A stretch of 38,540 nt of DNA from the NCBI GenBank assembly GCA_032718475.1, contig JAUCBJ010000782.1, positions 1 to 38,540 of the forward strand, in the 5' to 3' direction. This DNA is from Nemertoderma westbladi. Lineage: Eukaryota > Animalia > Xenacoelomorpha. The stretch's first letter is position 1. Each line of letters starts with the position of its first letter. Below are positions 24,503 to 36,941 of this stretch, one piece after another. Made by a program: the position numbers and the translations under genes. Under the pieces are notes generated by a model. That model did no database searches. It was not told where the DNA came from and was given only the letters and a program-made list of their open reading frames with translations.

Positions 24503-25414
24503 AATATTCTAGAACCATATTCTAGAACATTTTGTTTATTTATGAATAGCTACGTAATAGTATAATTAAATAGGTATTGCATTGTTGCCCAGCTACGTAT
24601 GGAATAAACAAAATGTTCTAGAATATGGTACATTTATTACATAGAATAAATGGCCTGCATGGGGAAGCAAATACTGTACTGTACATGCAACATTCGAATG
24701 CCCATTTCTTAGCTATTTCCCAACCAAATTCAAATGTTTTTACATATTTGGAATCCTTGCATGGGCAGCTTTCTATTGGTACCATCAAATCACAATAAGG
24801 TTGTAGAGTAGAATGATTGCACTGTGACCTGTGAAATATCGCCATAATAGAGACACCTTTTTCAAACACTTATAGCTAAAGATTGAAAGCAAAAATAAAA
24901 ATTCTGGCTCATCCACGGAGGAGGAGGGAGGTGAAACTGTCTCTATTTCAAATTTCGTGCAATCTAGTTAATATTTGTAGAAAAATTGGGGGGGGGGGGG
25001 GGGGGGGGGGGGGCATGTACCTGAATAACGACACTATATTCCAGGACATGGTGTAGTAATTTAGTTTAGCCATATCAATTGACATGTCTAAGGGATGTGA
25101 TACAGTTCCACTATAGAACGCCGTTTTGCTGCACACGCTAACTGCATATCGAAATCATATATTATTTTTATCAGAGAATCTGTCAATTTCTGTGTGTATG
25201 ATATTTATGCCTAACTCATATTGTATACCACCGTGAAACTTGTTTATATGTTGCCTAGCAGCAGTTATGGTAGTGCTGAACTCTCTTTGGTAACTACCGG
25301 CACAGGTATTCTTACGTCCTATTGGCTGTTCTATTCTGCCAGTGCTTATATAGTCAATGTTCATACCATTATTTTCAGGCATAACCTAACAACATATTAA
25401 GCCGTTACGAGTCA

Positions 25415-26076
25415 TGTAACTAGCAGGACTCGTGATATTTCACCTTGTTGCATGCCTTCTTGCTTATTGCGTGCATTTATTATTAGTTACTATTATTGCT
25501 TTACCTTTGTTGATCAATATACAAGACCAGAGATCAAACCAACGCGATTTCCACACGGTTAGTGCTGACTGCGCCCTGTCTGTAATAGATTCGGTTCATT
25601 TAGTGCGAGTGTGTGCGTCCATAGTACTGCAATATTATTCCCCAACTAGTAACTATAATCTATATATTATTATATCTTATGTAACTATAATGTATGCATA
25701 TGTATGCAGCACAAGTGAACTGTGCGCTTACCACGCACTAAGTCCAACATAGTGTCCTACCTGTAATATATGTAACGTAAGTCGCACGTACATTTGCCTG
25801 CCAACAACACAATATAATGGAACGGTTTACATGTAACTGTCACTTTATTCCCTCGAAGTAGTTTATAAGTGCCGAAGCTATATACTATATACTATACTTA
25901 CACTATACTTACTATATTATATACTATACTTATCCTATATACTTACAGTGATTGATTGTACATTCAGACCAGATATAAATATATTAGATAATATAAATAT
26001 ATACATAAACTTTCGTGAGTGTTCCTGCTATGCGGCAGGTACCCCAAGGCACTTGATAGCACTCATAAGAGTTACA
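25415..26076 (+). repeat. Candidate LTR (5' LTR of the BEL element or an unrelated solo LTR)
   Basis: TGTAAC...GTTACA inverted termini, 662 bp, upstream of gag, with an internal CTATA-rich microsatellite. No second copy and no clear PBS were found. Confidence 0.3.
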
Positions 26077-26875
26077 GACAGACTCACGTAGTGGCGGATG
26101 TGGGGTTATCCTCCCGTATTCAATAGTTCAACTTCAATAGTTCCCTATTGCAACGTTCTTTGGTTAGTATCACTGAACTGACAGTAAAGGACGGCATCCA
26201 CTCAGATTACAGAAAACAGCGACTACTAGCGGCTAAACAGGAATTGTAAAAGCACTTTAACAATACTTATTACTCCCGTTCTCTTTGAAAGGCGTTTCTT
26301 AATTTTTTGAGATAAATCCACCCAGCGGGGACAGAGAGTATTACATTCTTAATAATAGCCAACTTATTCATTACTCTAGGCGGCGCAAATAGAATAACTT
26401 CTTTGGTGATTAATTATTTATTTTGCAGAATAAATACTTGGTTGACACGTCTTTATAGTTGCGACATACTATTTGTGCATAGATTATATTAACTTGGCAT
26501 CATGTCTGAGTCAGATATTGACACTGAACCGTTTGTTCAACACCCGGTCACAGCTGCCCCTCATACTAACATTCCCCCTTCCGTTGACCAGGTTGCGGTG
26601 CCTGTCCCCAACAAGAAATCGTGGGACAGGTCCCGCATCAGAACTAGACAATTTACCGGAGGGATTGTAGATGACATAAATGTAGAACCACCCATAGTTA
26701 GTGTTATACAAACTGGAGTGAGCTCACCATCACTACTAGTAATGAACACATCCCCCATTATGTTCGCCCCTTCACCCAACAGCAATGAGGAATTACACCC
26801 CCCATCTATAACACTCCTTCGTAGAACATTACAGATGAAACAATTCCTGTTCACCTGCAAGCAAGACTAGCTTAC

Positions 26876-27829
26876 TTGCTAGAGGAGATTGACAGTTACT
26901 GGGAAAGGGTGGCAACCGGAACTGTAGCTTTTGAACAGGAGGTCTATGGGGAAGAATTGCATCACTTAATAAATCTACATTATGCCCACCTGGAACTTCG
27001 TAAGTTCTTCAGGTTCAACGATATGGCATGGGCAGACATATACAAACTAAAGGTCCCCCAGGTTCTATGCAGCACGGAAGAGCTGTCCGCTTTAGTTTAT
27101 GACCATGTAGCTGACTTCAATCGGCATATAGGAACCCTCACACATGAGCTACAGACCGTGCAGCCTGACCCTAGGATGAACCCTGCTGCATATTTTAATG
27201 TTAAGGAACTAGTCTGCAGAATCTTGCTAATTTTATCCGCCCTCCTAGAAGTATCTAGTAGACATCACGACGCGGAGCACACTGCCATAGTCTGCAGACA
27301 GTTAGCAGAAGTAGCGGTAATAGCCAGGAAGGCACTCGCCCTTAAAAGGCTACATGGGCAGACCATTCCCCCGGGTGTGGACATAGCCTGTTCCGGTACC
27401 GTAGCACAAAGCAATCTGCGCACAGACTCAGAGGATTCCGGAGAAGATGAGGATATGGATGCGATATCCCGTTATCTACAGTCTTATATAGCTGTGGTAG
27501 GAGAGACCGAACTCCGTAGGAGGTTAAAGGGTTTGGCCCCTTCCAGCCCTGAATCAGCAGCAGTCCTAGATGAGATAGACGCTGAGCGCGATCTGCGGGC
27601 ACAGATAGAGGGACATAATGCTGATAAGGAAATATTAGAAATGGAGTTGCAGTTAAGCACGAACCAGCTAAGTTATAAAACCAGTAAGAGCGCTGCTGAG
27701 TTGCAGTTAAAAGCCGAACAGTTGGAAAATGAACGCGCGGAAGCTGATCTAGCTTTACAAAATAAAATAATACTGAAAAGATTAAGTAAAAAACAGTGTA
27801 AGGAAAGAGCAGGCTCAACCAGAGGATGA
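26876..27829 (+). pseudogene. Probable N-terminal gag segment of the BEL element (helical/coiled-coil, 317-aa open stretch)
   Basis: Same strand and base composition as the downstream gag. Coiled-coil-like end (EILEMELQL...LQLKAEQLENERAE). No diagnostic motif, so the assignment is by position. Confidence 0.5.
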
Positions 27830-28923
27830 GACTGGCCGATTAGAAGGACTTATGCTTTGTCAGATGAAGGAAACTCCACCGACGCTAGTGAAAGTGGTAA
27901 CCACTCTTGAGGCAGAAGAAAGAGAGCTGTTATAGTGGCGCTGCCGGACCTGCCTCCCTATAATAGGGACAGGAGACCCCCAAAGCAGACGGATTTAGAT
28001 CATCCGAGACCACTGGATTCGCGGTCCCCCCTGGGCCTCAGTTGGTTATAGTCCCATTGCACGGTACATCAGCCGAGCCGATCGATCCAGTAGTAGTTCC
28101 ACACTCGACTATGACAGCAACCCCCTACCACAATCGAGATGTTGCACCTCCAGTAGGGGCACCAATTGTACCAAAGAAATACCCAATGAATCCTCAAACT
28201 CCCATAATATCTCTCGTACAGCTTGTCTAGAACACCCCAGTCCCAACTACTTATCTAGTACCTTGGCCAGGACAAAGGACGAAAGAATGTCATTTGGCAC
28301 TGGAATATCCCCAATCACCAGCTTGGCAGAAAATCCCAAGGTATCACATACATTACCCCATGGTAACAAAGGAGGAAACAATAATAATTGGACATCTAGG
28401 GATGAACTAAATCCCCGCTCGACGATATATTATAACCGTCAAAACCAACCGGATGATAGGCACCTGTCGCCCGGATCGGCCCAATTAGCCGCAACAGCGT
28501 TGGCGCCAGTGGGGACCCGTCATCCGGGACCAAGAATGCCGCTATCATCCGGCGGACGGATATCAGCCTCCCCTGACGGGCAAAGGGAAGCCTACCCCAG
28601 AAGTGGAGCCAGGTTTGCGACAGGCATCCCAGGTAAAGCATTTCCCCAAGGTGACTCTTCTTCACCTCCAGAGGCTTATGCACCCCCGTTATATCCCAGC
28701 CTACATAACAATGACCGTTATGTACAAAATATCCGGCAACTATCAGGCAACCCCGACCACCTCAGAGCAATGATAACTCTAGAGAAATCATTGATTCTTT
28801 ATTACAAAGAAATGACGATTTAGAGCAACAAGTGGCCTTAATGCAAGACCATATCACCCTAACAAATAAGAAAGTCGACTCACAAGCAGCGCCGCAGGGT
28901 GTAAAAATTCTAAAACGTCCGAT

Positions 28924-29840
28924 GTGAGTGGTATTCATGCCGAGAATACCATACATCAGAATGATCAAAGCTCCTATCTAACCGACCTTTTATTAAATTA
29001 TTTGGCAGTCCAAACCGACCTCACCAGACATATGGCTAGGAATGAAGCTCGACAGTGCGTCTCCTCAGGTCAAATTTTAAAGTATGATGGTGACGAACTG
29101 AAATGGCTACACTTTGCAGAGTTCTGCAAAGACAGTATTCTAGAATCACCATTGAGTGAACATGATAAGCTTAGATATTTAATTAGTTGCCTGGAAGGAC
29201 CCCCTAAACAGATTGTTGCAAAATATGTGGGCCATATAGACGGCATCAACACTGTTTGGGATACTCTAAAGGAGCAGTATGGCAATGAAGAAAGCTTGGC
29301 ACGCACCATGTATGACAGATTACTCTCTAAAAATAGATCCACTCAAAATGGGATCGTAGAGTTTAGAGATGAAGTAGAGGAAATTTGTCGCCAGCTTGAT
29401 TGGCTAGGACAGAAACAAGTGTAGAATACAACCATGACAGTACAGTTTGTTTCCAGTGCGCTTCCAAAGGGCTTCACTGGGACCAGATGGGATCGATACA
29501 CTTACAATTACAAACTTAAACATGAATGTTTCCCCGACATGGACTCGTTTAGAGGTTTCTTGAAGGCCAAAACCTCCACGTATCTTATCACAATGAACCG
29601 GGAAAAAGCAACCGTTCAGACATGAAAAACACTGATAAGACAGCAACCAAGAAGCGATACACTTATGTCACCAACTATGAAGAGTGTCTAAGACACTAAA
29701 GGAGAGACGACAGACGGTTTTGGACTTGTCGACATGCTTCTTGTGTCTTAGACTGGGACATTTGTGACGTAAATGTAGGCTAATGAACGTAAAAACGTGT
29801 CCGGTGTGTCAGGGCTCCCATCACCCTTTGCTACACCTAG
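28924..29840 (+). pseudogene. BEL/Pao gag core (DUF1759-like) and zinc knuckles
   Basis: KYDGDELKWLHF...DKLRYLISCLEGPPKQIV...WDTLKEQYGN, then CFLCLRLGH near 29735 and CPVCQGSHHPLLH. Confidence 0.88.
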
Positions 29841-30074
29841 ACCAGACCCCGAAGGTTGAGCTAGACCAATGTGTACACTTCACAGATTGTGAGACAGACT
29901 CTTCCGATAAAGGACCGGATGCATTCTACCCTGGAGAGTTTACCGACGACGATGAATGCTGTAACCATGTCAGTGTGTATGAAGCCTTTACCTATGAGGA
30001 ACCCGCATCGGAAGATTGTTTTAAAATGGAGAACAATCCCAGCACCCGGTCATTTCAGGATGTCGGAGTCAGAG

Positions 30075-30575
30075 AGTTTCCGGTGCTCCAAGTCCGGCTC
30101 CATGCGGGAAGTAGTAGCGTTGTGGTAAATGCCTTAATGGACACAGGAAGTACGGCACCTTCATAGATGCAGAGTTAGCAGAATCCTTGTTCGCCAGGGA
30201 ACCGGGCCATGACATGAAACTAACATTATCTGGGATAATGAAACGTTGGCAATCTACCATTGAGACAAAGTACTATAAGGCATCCCTGTCCACCCCGCTA
30301 GATACCAGTGGCTGGGACAGGGTCTCTAACGTCAAGATGGTTGTCATCCGGATTTTGCCAAAAGTCAGGCCAAGGCCTATGACTGGGATGATGACACCCT
30401 TGTACGCAATCACAACATTCCATGTTTCACCCCAGACTACCCAGGCGTACAGATGTTGATAGGCCAAAATGTACCTGAGGCCTTAGACATTCTGGAGAAA
30501 CGACCCAGACATCCAGAACCAATGTCAGCCTACGCCTGTAGGACGAGAGTGGGATGGTTCTGTACTGGGCCTTCC
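30075..30575 (+). pseudogene. BEL/Pao aspartic protease region (frameshifted)
   Basis: VNALMDTGST catalytic motif, then LIGQNVPE and RTRVGWFCTGP. Confidence 0.8.
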
Positions 30576-30959
30576 CAGAAAACTCTATTAGAACGGAAAG
30601 GACCGACAAATACAGACACCGACACTTGCAATTTAGTAACCCACCTCTGTAATGAGATCATAGAGACTGTAGAGGACATATTGACTACCCCTGACCAAAC
30701 CGACAGTGCTAGTGACGCACCCCTATCCTCAGACCAAGACTGTTTCCTCACTAGGTACCATGAACCTGATATCGTATTCCCAATGACCGATCAAGAGTTG
30801 CTCAGCACCCAGTTGGAGTTGTGTAATTTACTGCACTCACCTCCCGACCTACAGCAAGAACTGAATGAGCTCGAGGAAGCCATGCGTCTCTTAAAACTAG
30901 AAGAGCATACCATCACCTGGATGCAGCAGGAAATACTTGAGCAAAACTCCAATGGCAAG

Positions 30960-33022
30960 GCATTGTCAGTGGAAGAAGAGCGAGCAAAACAGATTCAGAG
31001 AACCACAACTAGGTTTTTACCGGAACAAGGCAAATACGAAGTTGGGCTTCTCTGGCGGTCCCCCCAACCCAAACTATTTAATAATGAGACGCTTGTGCAT
31101 AAACACATTTTACTACTGGAAAGGCGTCTCAACACCAACCCGACAGCTCATGGGTTATATAAGGAGCAAATGACCAAGTTCATAAGCAAGGGATATGTGG
31201 AACTGGTCCCACCAGACACCCCCAAGACTGGCTGGACATACTACCTTACTCACCATTACGTCGAACGGGAAGACAAACCAGGACGTATTAGGGTAGAGAT
31301 TAGGGTAGATTGGATAAGTACCAAGGGCAATCCCTTAACTCGGAACTACTACCCAGACCCAACTTGTTGCTGTCTCTACCCGGAATATTAATGCGCATGC
31401 GACAATATGCCATTGCCTTCGCTTCAGACATAGAGGGTATGTTCCTGCAAGTGAAAGCATTAGATATTAACCGGGACAGCATGCGTTTCTTGTGGTGGAC
31501 AGAAGGAGACTTAAATTCTGATCCAGTAGAGTATCGCATGACCATTCAAGCATTCGGTATCATTTCCAGCCCATCCTCAGTGCTACGAATTTCAACCATC
31601 CGTCATAGATAATATCAAAAGGGATATTTACATGGACGATAACTTGAAATCATCCCTGACAGTCAAGGAAGCCTTAGACATTGCCCAAGGGACAGTAAAC
31701 TGCCTGAAACTTGGAGGATTTCGCCTGACGAAATTCATTACCAATTCCCGCGAGTTTCTAAAGGCTATACCCCCCGCAGAGCGTGGCGATACCGAACTAG
31801 ACTTAAACAAGGATGACCTGCCAGATACTAAGACGTTAGGACTTCGTTGGCTAACAGAAAGCGATACTATGGTATTTAAAGTCAAGTTAAGAAAGGGCGA
31901 AATTCGAACCAAACGCATTTGCCTCAACATACGTAGCACTTATTTCGACCCTCTCGGATTTATAAGTCCAGTTATTTTACTGGCTCGAGATCTCGTTCAG
32001 CGAATGTGGAAGGAGAATGATAGTTGGGACGACCCCTTGACAGGGACACTATTGGAAGACTGGTGGCGATGGGAATGGTCCTTGCCCGACTTGGAGAAGT
32101 TTTCCCTAATCAGAGCATATTTCCCAAATGTAGACTCCCTGCAGACTTACCACCTCCATGTATTCGGTGTCGCGATTGACAACGGCATCGGGATTGTAGC
32201 TTACTTTAGTTGCGAAACCCCGGACGGTATCACAGTGGCTTTAGTTGCCTCGAAGGCCCTTATAAGACCAATCGCTAAAACCAAAGACACTTTGACCATA
32301 CCCAGAGCCGAACTTAAGGCAGCCGTATACTCTACCATAATTGCTAAGAACGTGTTGGCACAGACAGACTATACGGTAGTAAGGACAGTTTACTGGACAG
32401 ACGCTGCATTAGTTTTAGAATATCTGACCAACACAACATGCCAGTTCAGCGTGTATGTGACAAACCGTGTAGAGAGGATCCTAAAGGACACTGACATCAA
32501 ACAATGGAGACACTGCCCTGGATTGTTAAATCCAGCCGACATTGCTTCTCGTGGCGCCACCCCTCAGGAACTGATAGATACTAAGTGTTGGTTGCAAGGA
32601 CCTGCCTTTTTGCAAGGCCCTGAAAATAGTAGGCCCCAAAATTTAACGCCTGTAGAGATAAGGCAGCAAGTGAAAGGCGCAGAAATCGCTAAGTCTAAGA
32701 ACAAGGCGTCCAAATCGAAGCTATTCAAAAACATCGACATATCTTCACTACATGTGCGTGAGAGTGTGAGCCCACAGAGCACCCCCAGAAAGTGAAGCCC
32801 TCATTACCGTCTCCTTTCCAGACTTGTCTGACGGCCTTTCACCGCTCATTAGCAGGGCCATGGATCACTATAGTTCATGGCACAAACTTTGTCGTGCCAT
32901 TACCATACTTAAGCGTTATGTGTACTACCGCTGTAATAAAAACAAAATCACACAAGGTAAATTATTGGAACACGAAGTAGACTATACCAACAGGCAGCTA
33001 CTCCGACTATCCCAAATGCAAG
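30960..33022 (+). pseudogene. BEL/Pao reverse transcriptase and RNase H region (disrupted)
   Basis: GKYEVGLLWR, YYLTHH, SLNSELL.RPNL, SDIEGMFLQV, RFLW, YMDD at 31629, FDPLGFISP, LHVF, TIPRAEL, WTDA, NRV, WRHCPG..NPADIASRG, WLQGPAFL. Confidence 0.92.
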
Positions 33023-34435
33023 AAAAGGCTTGGTTTCATATACAGCATTATTTTAACATATTTTAGCTAATTTATCTACTGTGCACCGGAGAGATTGCTT
33101 ACCGACACATAATACTATACGATAACGTTGGCTCTATAAAAATGTTTATTATTATTACAATTATTTTATAAATAAAGTACCTTAATCGTAAAACGATGTA
33201 CATATATATTAATGTAGAATCAATTATTTCACAAATGGTTTCAGTGTTAAAGATAAGAAAATATAAAAAAATTAAGCTAATCACTGCTACTGCAGTACAT
33301 GTTACAGTTTTATTTTTAGAGTAATCAGCTGTTATTTGCTTCGAGTTTCCCATGGAGAGAGCGACTAATTTTGATTGCGCCCAAAGTCCCCCACTATCTG
33401 GATGGTAGGGCGCTCAGGATTCTTATTTTGTAATAGTTATAGGTTGAAAAACGTTTAAAAAATGTATGTTTTGTGGCACCGTTATCATTTGACTGACAAT
33501 TGCACAATGTTTCGTTGCCAAAACATAGAAATTAGAATACCATCATATGGTGTTCGTGACAATGTCAATAATATCAGTTGACAGTTATCACAGCATGTCC
33601 CTTAACGTCAAGTCTCTCTGCTCAGTATAGTTTCTGGACGTTGTATATCGCAACTGTACCTCTCTACTACAATATGTTTAGGAAACAACTAATGACCTAA
33701 CAAGACACTCGGGGTGTCGTTTCTAAGTATTCAATCGACTGGAAAACTTTACTGCAAAAGGCGTTGATAAAATGATCATTATACATATTAATTCTACTGT
33801 AAGACGTTGTTTCGCTTTACATTTTGTGTTGATTTTTCTGAAGTATAGGTTAATATCAAAATAAATAATGTCAATGGCTTTCTCTGGAATTATTAGGATT
33901 GTCTTATAACGCGTTTATTAGAAAAAATAATTCATCAGAAAGTCGCTGTCATACTGTAGGCCTTTAGAATATTGAATGGCTCTATCAATCAGTCTTTTTT
34001 ATGTAACAAAGACCACAAATAATACTTTTAATTTTTTTAACTGGTTAATAAGACGATCTACCTGTTGTGGGATACCGAATTTTTTATCACCACTACGTCA
34101 ATATTGTATGTCGCGAGCGTTTATTGACGAATTTGTATCTCATGGAACTTTACACATATTTTCTCAGAGTCTTATAATCCCATACTTTATAACATTGCTG
34201 AAGCTGTGCGAGCCATTTTAATATCAGATAACGAGATCTGTTATCATAATAAGTTATAATATTTAGTGCCATTTGTTTTTATACTGCCCTGCATGAATTA
34301 TTGTTTATGATATGTGTTTTTGTCAAATATATATAAAACACATTGCCAGCTATTGGCGCAATATTATACTAATGAATGTGCTGAATTAATATAATAACTA
34401 AAGAAAAAAACAATTGGTCTTTCTATAATTTTCAG

Positions 34436-34961
34436 TGAAATTTCGTGTCAAACAGTCATTGATATTACCATGGACAAATCCACAGACAATGAGATTGAAA
34501 CGATAACCCAGCTATTATCCCTAACTTTAGAATTACCAACTGGTAACCCTATAGCGTGCGCTAATCAAACGAACGTTTACGAATTAATTGTAAAGAAACT
34601 TAAGGACTCTATAGCTACCAATAAAAAGCTGCATTTTCGAATTCAATTCATCTGGAAAACTATGATTGAATTTAAGGATCTATTGTCTGAGAGGGACGAG
34701 AAAATTTCCCTTTTGGAAGGAGAAATGGAAAAATTACGGTGGGACATGGAAAGCAAAGAGCAGGTAGTGCAGACTATGCTGGCACGCCAAAGGAGTTTAA
34801 AAGCAAAACAGATGGATATTGATGTCCTACAATGCGAACTAGAAGAGGCTAAATATGAGGTGCTGAATGCTAGGAAAATTATCAATTTGTTGAGAGGAAA
34901 ATTAGTGGAGAAAAATAAATTGCTGAAGAGAGTAGGCCAACAAAATATACACGACAAATAA
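34436..34961 (+). CDS. Orphan coiled-coil protein: terminal exon or single coding exon (163 aa from ATG 34470)
   Basis: Uninterrupted ORF in AT-rich DNA with heptad-like Leu/Met periodicity. A strong acceptor TTCTATAATTTTCAG ends at 34435, and the frame is open from 34437. Confidence 0.5.
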
Positions 34962-35024
34962 TTTGGTATTCTACATAATACAGTTCATTGGGACCATGAT
35001 ATAATACTCAATTTACTTTGTTAA

Positions 35025-36227
35025 AAAAAAGGGGGGGGGGGGGGGGGGGGGGGGTACACCATTTTCGGAGCATCTTCGATTTATAACTCCCAGCGTATTT
35101 GGCTATAATTTGGAATACAGGTACCTAAGATGCTGTTTTACATGAGAAATGAGAAACATTTTATTTTTCGCTATTTAATATTAGTTAATACAAGTTAACA
35201 ATGAAAAAAAACTTGGTTGCGCTTAAAACCCTAAGGCTTTTACAGTCTTGAATCTAATCTCTTGAAAGTTTTTTATATGATAGAACAAGGATGGGGCAAC
35301 ATAACAATCCGGCGAAATTTTGTGAAAATCATTCTGGAGCTGCACGTGGTGTTCTAGACGTGGTGCTGCAATTTTATGCTCATTTTTTTAGGTTTGATAT
35401 AAATAGTAAAAAAATTTATTAATTTATAATTTCAAAAAGTTGTCTGATACTTTTATGCAGGGTTGCTATGTAGACACCTATAGAAATTTTCAGACTAATC
35501 GCTCAAAAATTGTAGAAGTAGTAAGATGTTGAAGACTAAGTTCTTTCGAGCCACAGTGGAAACTGTATTTTTATACGGGAGTGAGACATGGCCACTGACT
35601 AAATCACTTCAACAAAGAATTGATGGTTGCTACACAACTACTAAGGGCAGCCCTAAACATCGGCTGGAGGCAACACATGACAAACGCCGAGCTTTATGGT
35701 ACAATACCACCTGTATCAACCACCCTCCGTGAACGCAGATTAAGATTCAGTGGGCACTGCTGGCGAAGTAAAGACGAGGTCATACCAGATCTACTTTTCT
35801 CGCAACTAATTCATGGAAAGCGTAGTCGTGGACGACCAGCCATAACATATATAGATCGACTTGAAAGGGATTCTGAATTTGGGAGAAACGAAATTGCAAC
35901 AACTATGGAGAATCGGGAAGCCTGGAAGGATCTCATTTCCACTGTCCGAGTTCGCACGACCTAGTAGTAGTAGTAGAAGTAGTAATAGGATTTTGAAGTT
36001 GACAATTTCATAAAAAAATAATTTGGAGATAATCGACCTTTCATTATACATAGTAATAGTAATTTCAATAGGAATCCCTAAATGGAAATTGTTATAACTT
36101 GAAAACTAAAAGAGCTAAAATTGCGGTTTCCAACTTTGGAAACACCATTTAATCATGCATTATAATAGATCATAAATATAATTTCGACATATTTTGGACC
36201 ACAATTGTGTACCCCCCCTCCCCCCCC
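35025..36227. mobile_element. Kolobok-like non-autonomous DNA transposon (TTAA TSD)
   Basis: TTAA at 35021-35024 and 36228-36231. Ends read (G)nTACACCATT at the left and AATTGTGTA(C)n at the right. The purine-starting TIR and TTAA TSD fit Kolobok rather than piggyBac. Confidence 0.65.
35525..35972 (+). mobile_element. 5'-truncated RTE-clade LINE with 13-bp TSD and (TAG)n tail
   Basis: FLYGSETWPLTK...IDGCYT, a frameshift, then LLRAALNIGW...RRLRFSGHCWR...RGRP. TSD GTAGAAGTAGTAA lies at 35512-35524 and 35973-35985. Confidence 0.93.
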
Positions 36228-36621
36228 TTAAATGCCGCATATTTGGTATTATTATTTACATTTTATTGTATCACATATAGTATAATAATTTGTAAACATA
36301 ATCACAACATTGTTGTCTATTTAATAATTAATGTTTTAGTATTTCTAAACTTTTTTTCATAAACTTTAATTTAAACTATATATACTATACTTCTAGTTAT
36401 AGGGTACTCATACAGTATACCGGTACATACTGTATAACACCCTATATATAACACCCTATACACGAAACCTATAATGAATCAACTATCCGTATTGTTCATT
36501 GGTAATACAAACTATTGTTGCGTGTAGATGTTGTATGTGAACTTATAAACATAAACTTAGAGTTACGTAGATTAGATAAGTTTATCGTGGTCAGTTAAAG
36601 ATGTCAAAGATAACATTTGGT

Positions 36622-36941
36622 TTAGTATAAGAGACGCTGCAAACCATCCACACATTCTGTATTGCATTGTCGGAACTGGGCAACTCCGCTGGCTTTATCC
36701 TTGATCGTGTGGCCCATCTCCCAACGATCCAGCTCCATCTCGTTACAGTAGTTGTATCCCCCGCACTCATCCACGAATTCCCCAACGTTTTCGCAGCACT
36801 GGAACGCGCTGCCACTGGTCTCCATGCGGCGGCTCCTTTTTCCGTCCGTTGGCTTGGAGGCGGGGAACCATTGGGTTCGAGGTTTCAGGAATCTATGACT
36901 CTCGTCTCTAGACGGGTATTCGTATCTCGCGTCGGAGGAAT
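36622..36941 (-). CDS. Exon 2 of an orphan secreted precursor: propeptide, KRSRR site, six-Cys peptide
   Basis: Acceptor TTTCAAG| at 36943-36942 coincides with a sharp AT-to-GC shift. The frame is open to TAA at 36622: (D)SSDARYEYPSRDESHRFLKPRTQWFPASKPTDGKRSRR-METSGSAFQCC...CNTECVDGLQRLLY. Confidence 0.72.

Larger units (their letters stand above)
23132..25053. mobile_element. 1.9-kb non-autonomous long-TIR DNA transposon (TA TSD, Tc1/mariner-type signature) carrying captured sequence
   Basis: TA|CACCATGTCCTGGAATATAGTGTCGTTATTCAGGTAC at the left and its reverse complement followed by TA at the right. The arms continue as diverged inverted repeats (23132-23223 plus 23766-~24130 versus ~24535-25053). 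Confidence 0.88.
26502..33022 (+). mobile_element. Decayed BEL/Pao LTR retrotransposon gag-pol, truncated before integrase
   Basis: In order: DUF1759-type gag, Cys/His knuckles, aspartic protease, RT, and Pao RNase H/'peptidase A17' region. All are broken by stops and frameshifts. No integrase or 3' LTR follows ~33022. Confidence 0.93.

Noticed and set aside
24948-25136. Polyproline-containing ORF
   Set aside because: The prolines come from a G homopolymer in the transposon TIR.
26092-26110. TGGCGGATGTGGGG as a primer-binding site
   Set aside because: It is not adjacent to the candidate LTR end and does not match a tRNA 3' end I recognise.
27342-32782. Minus-strand ORFs within the BEL element
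   Set aside because: Antisense shadows with no motifs.
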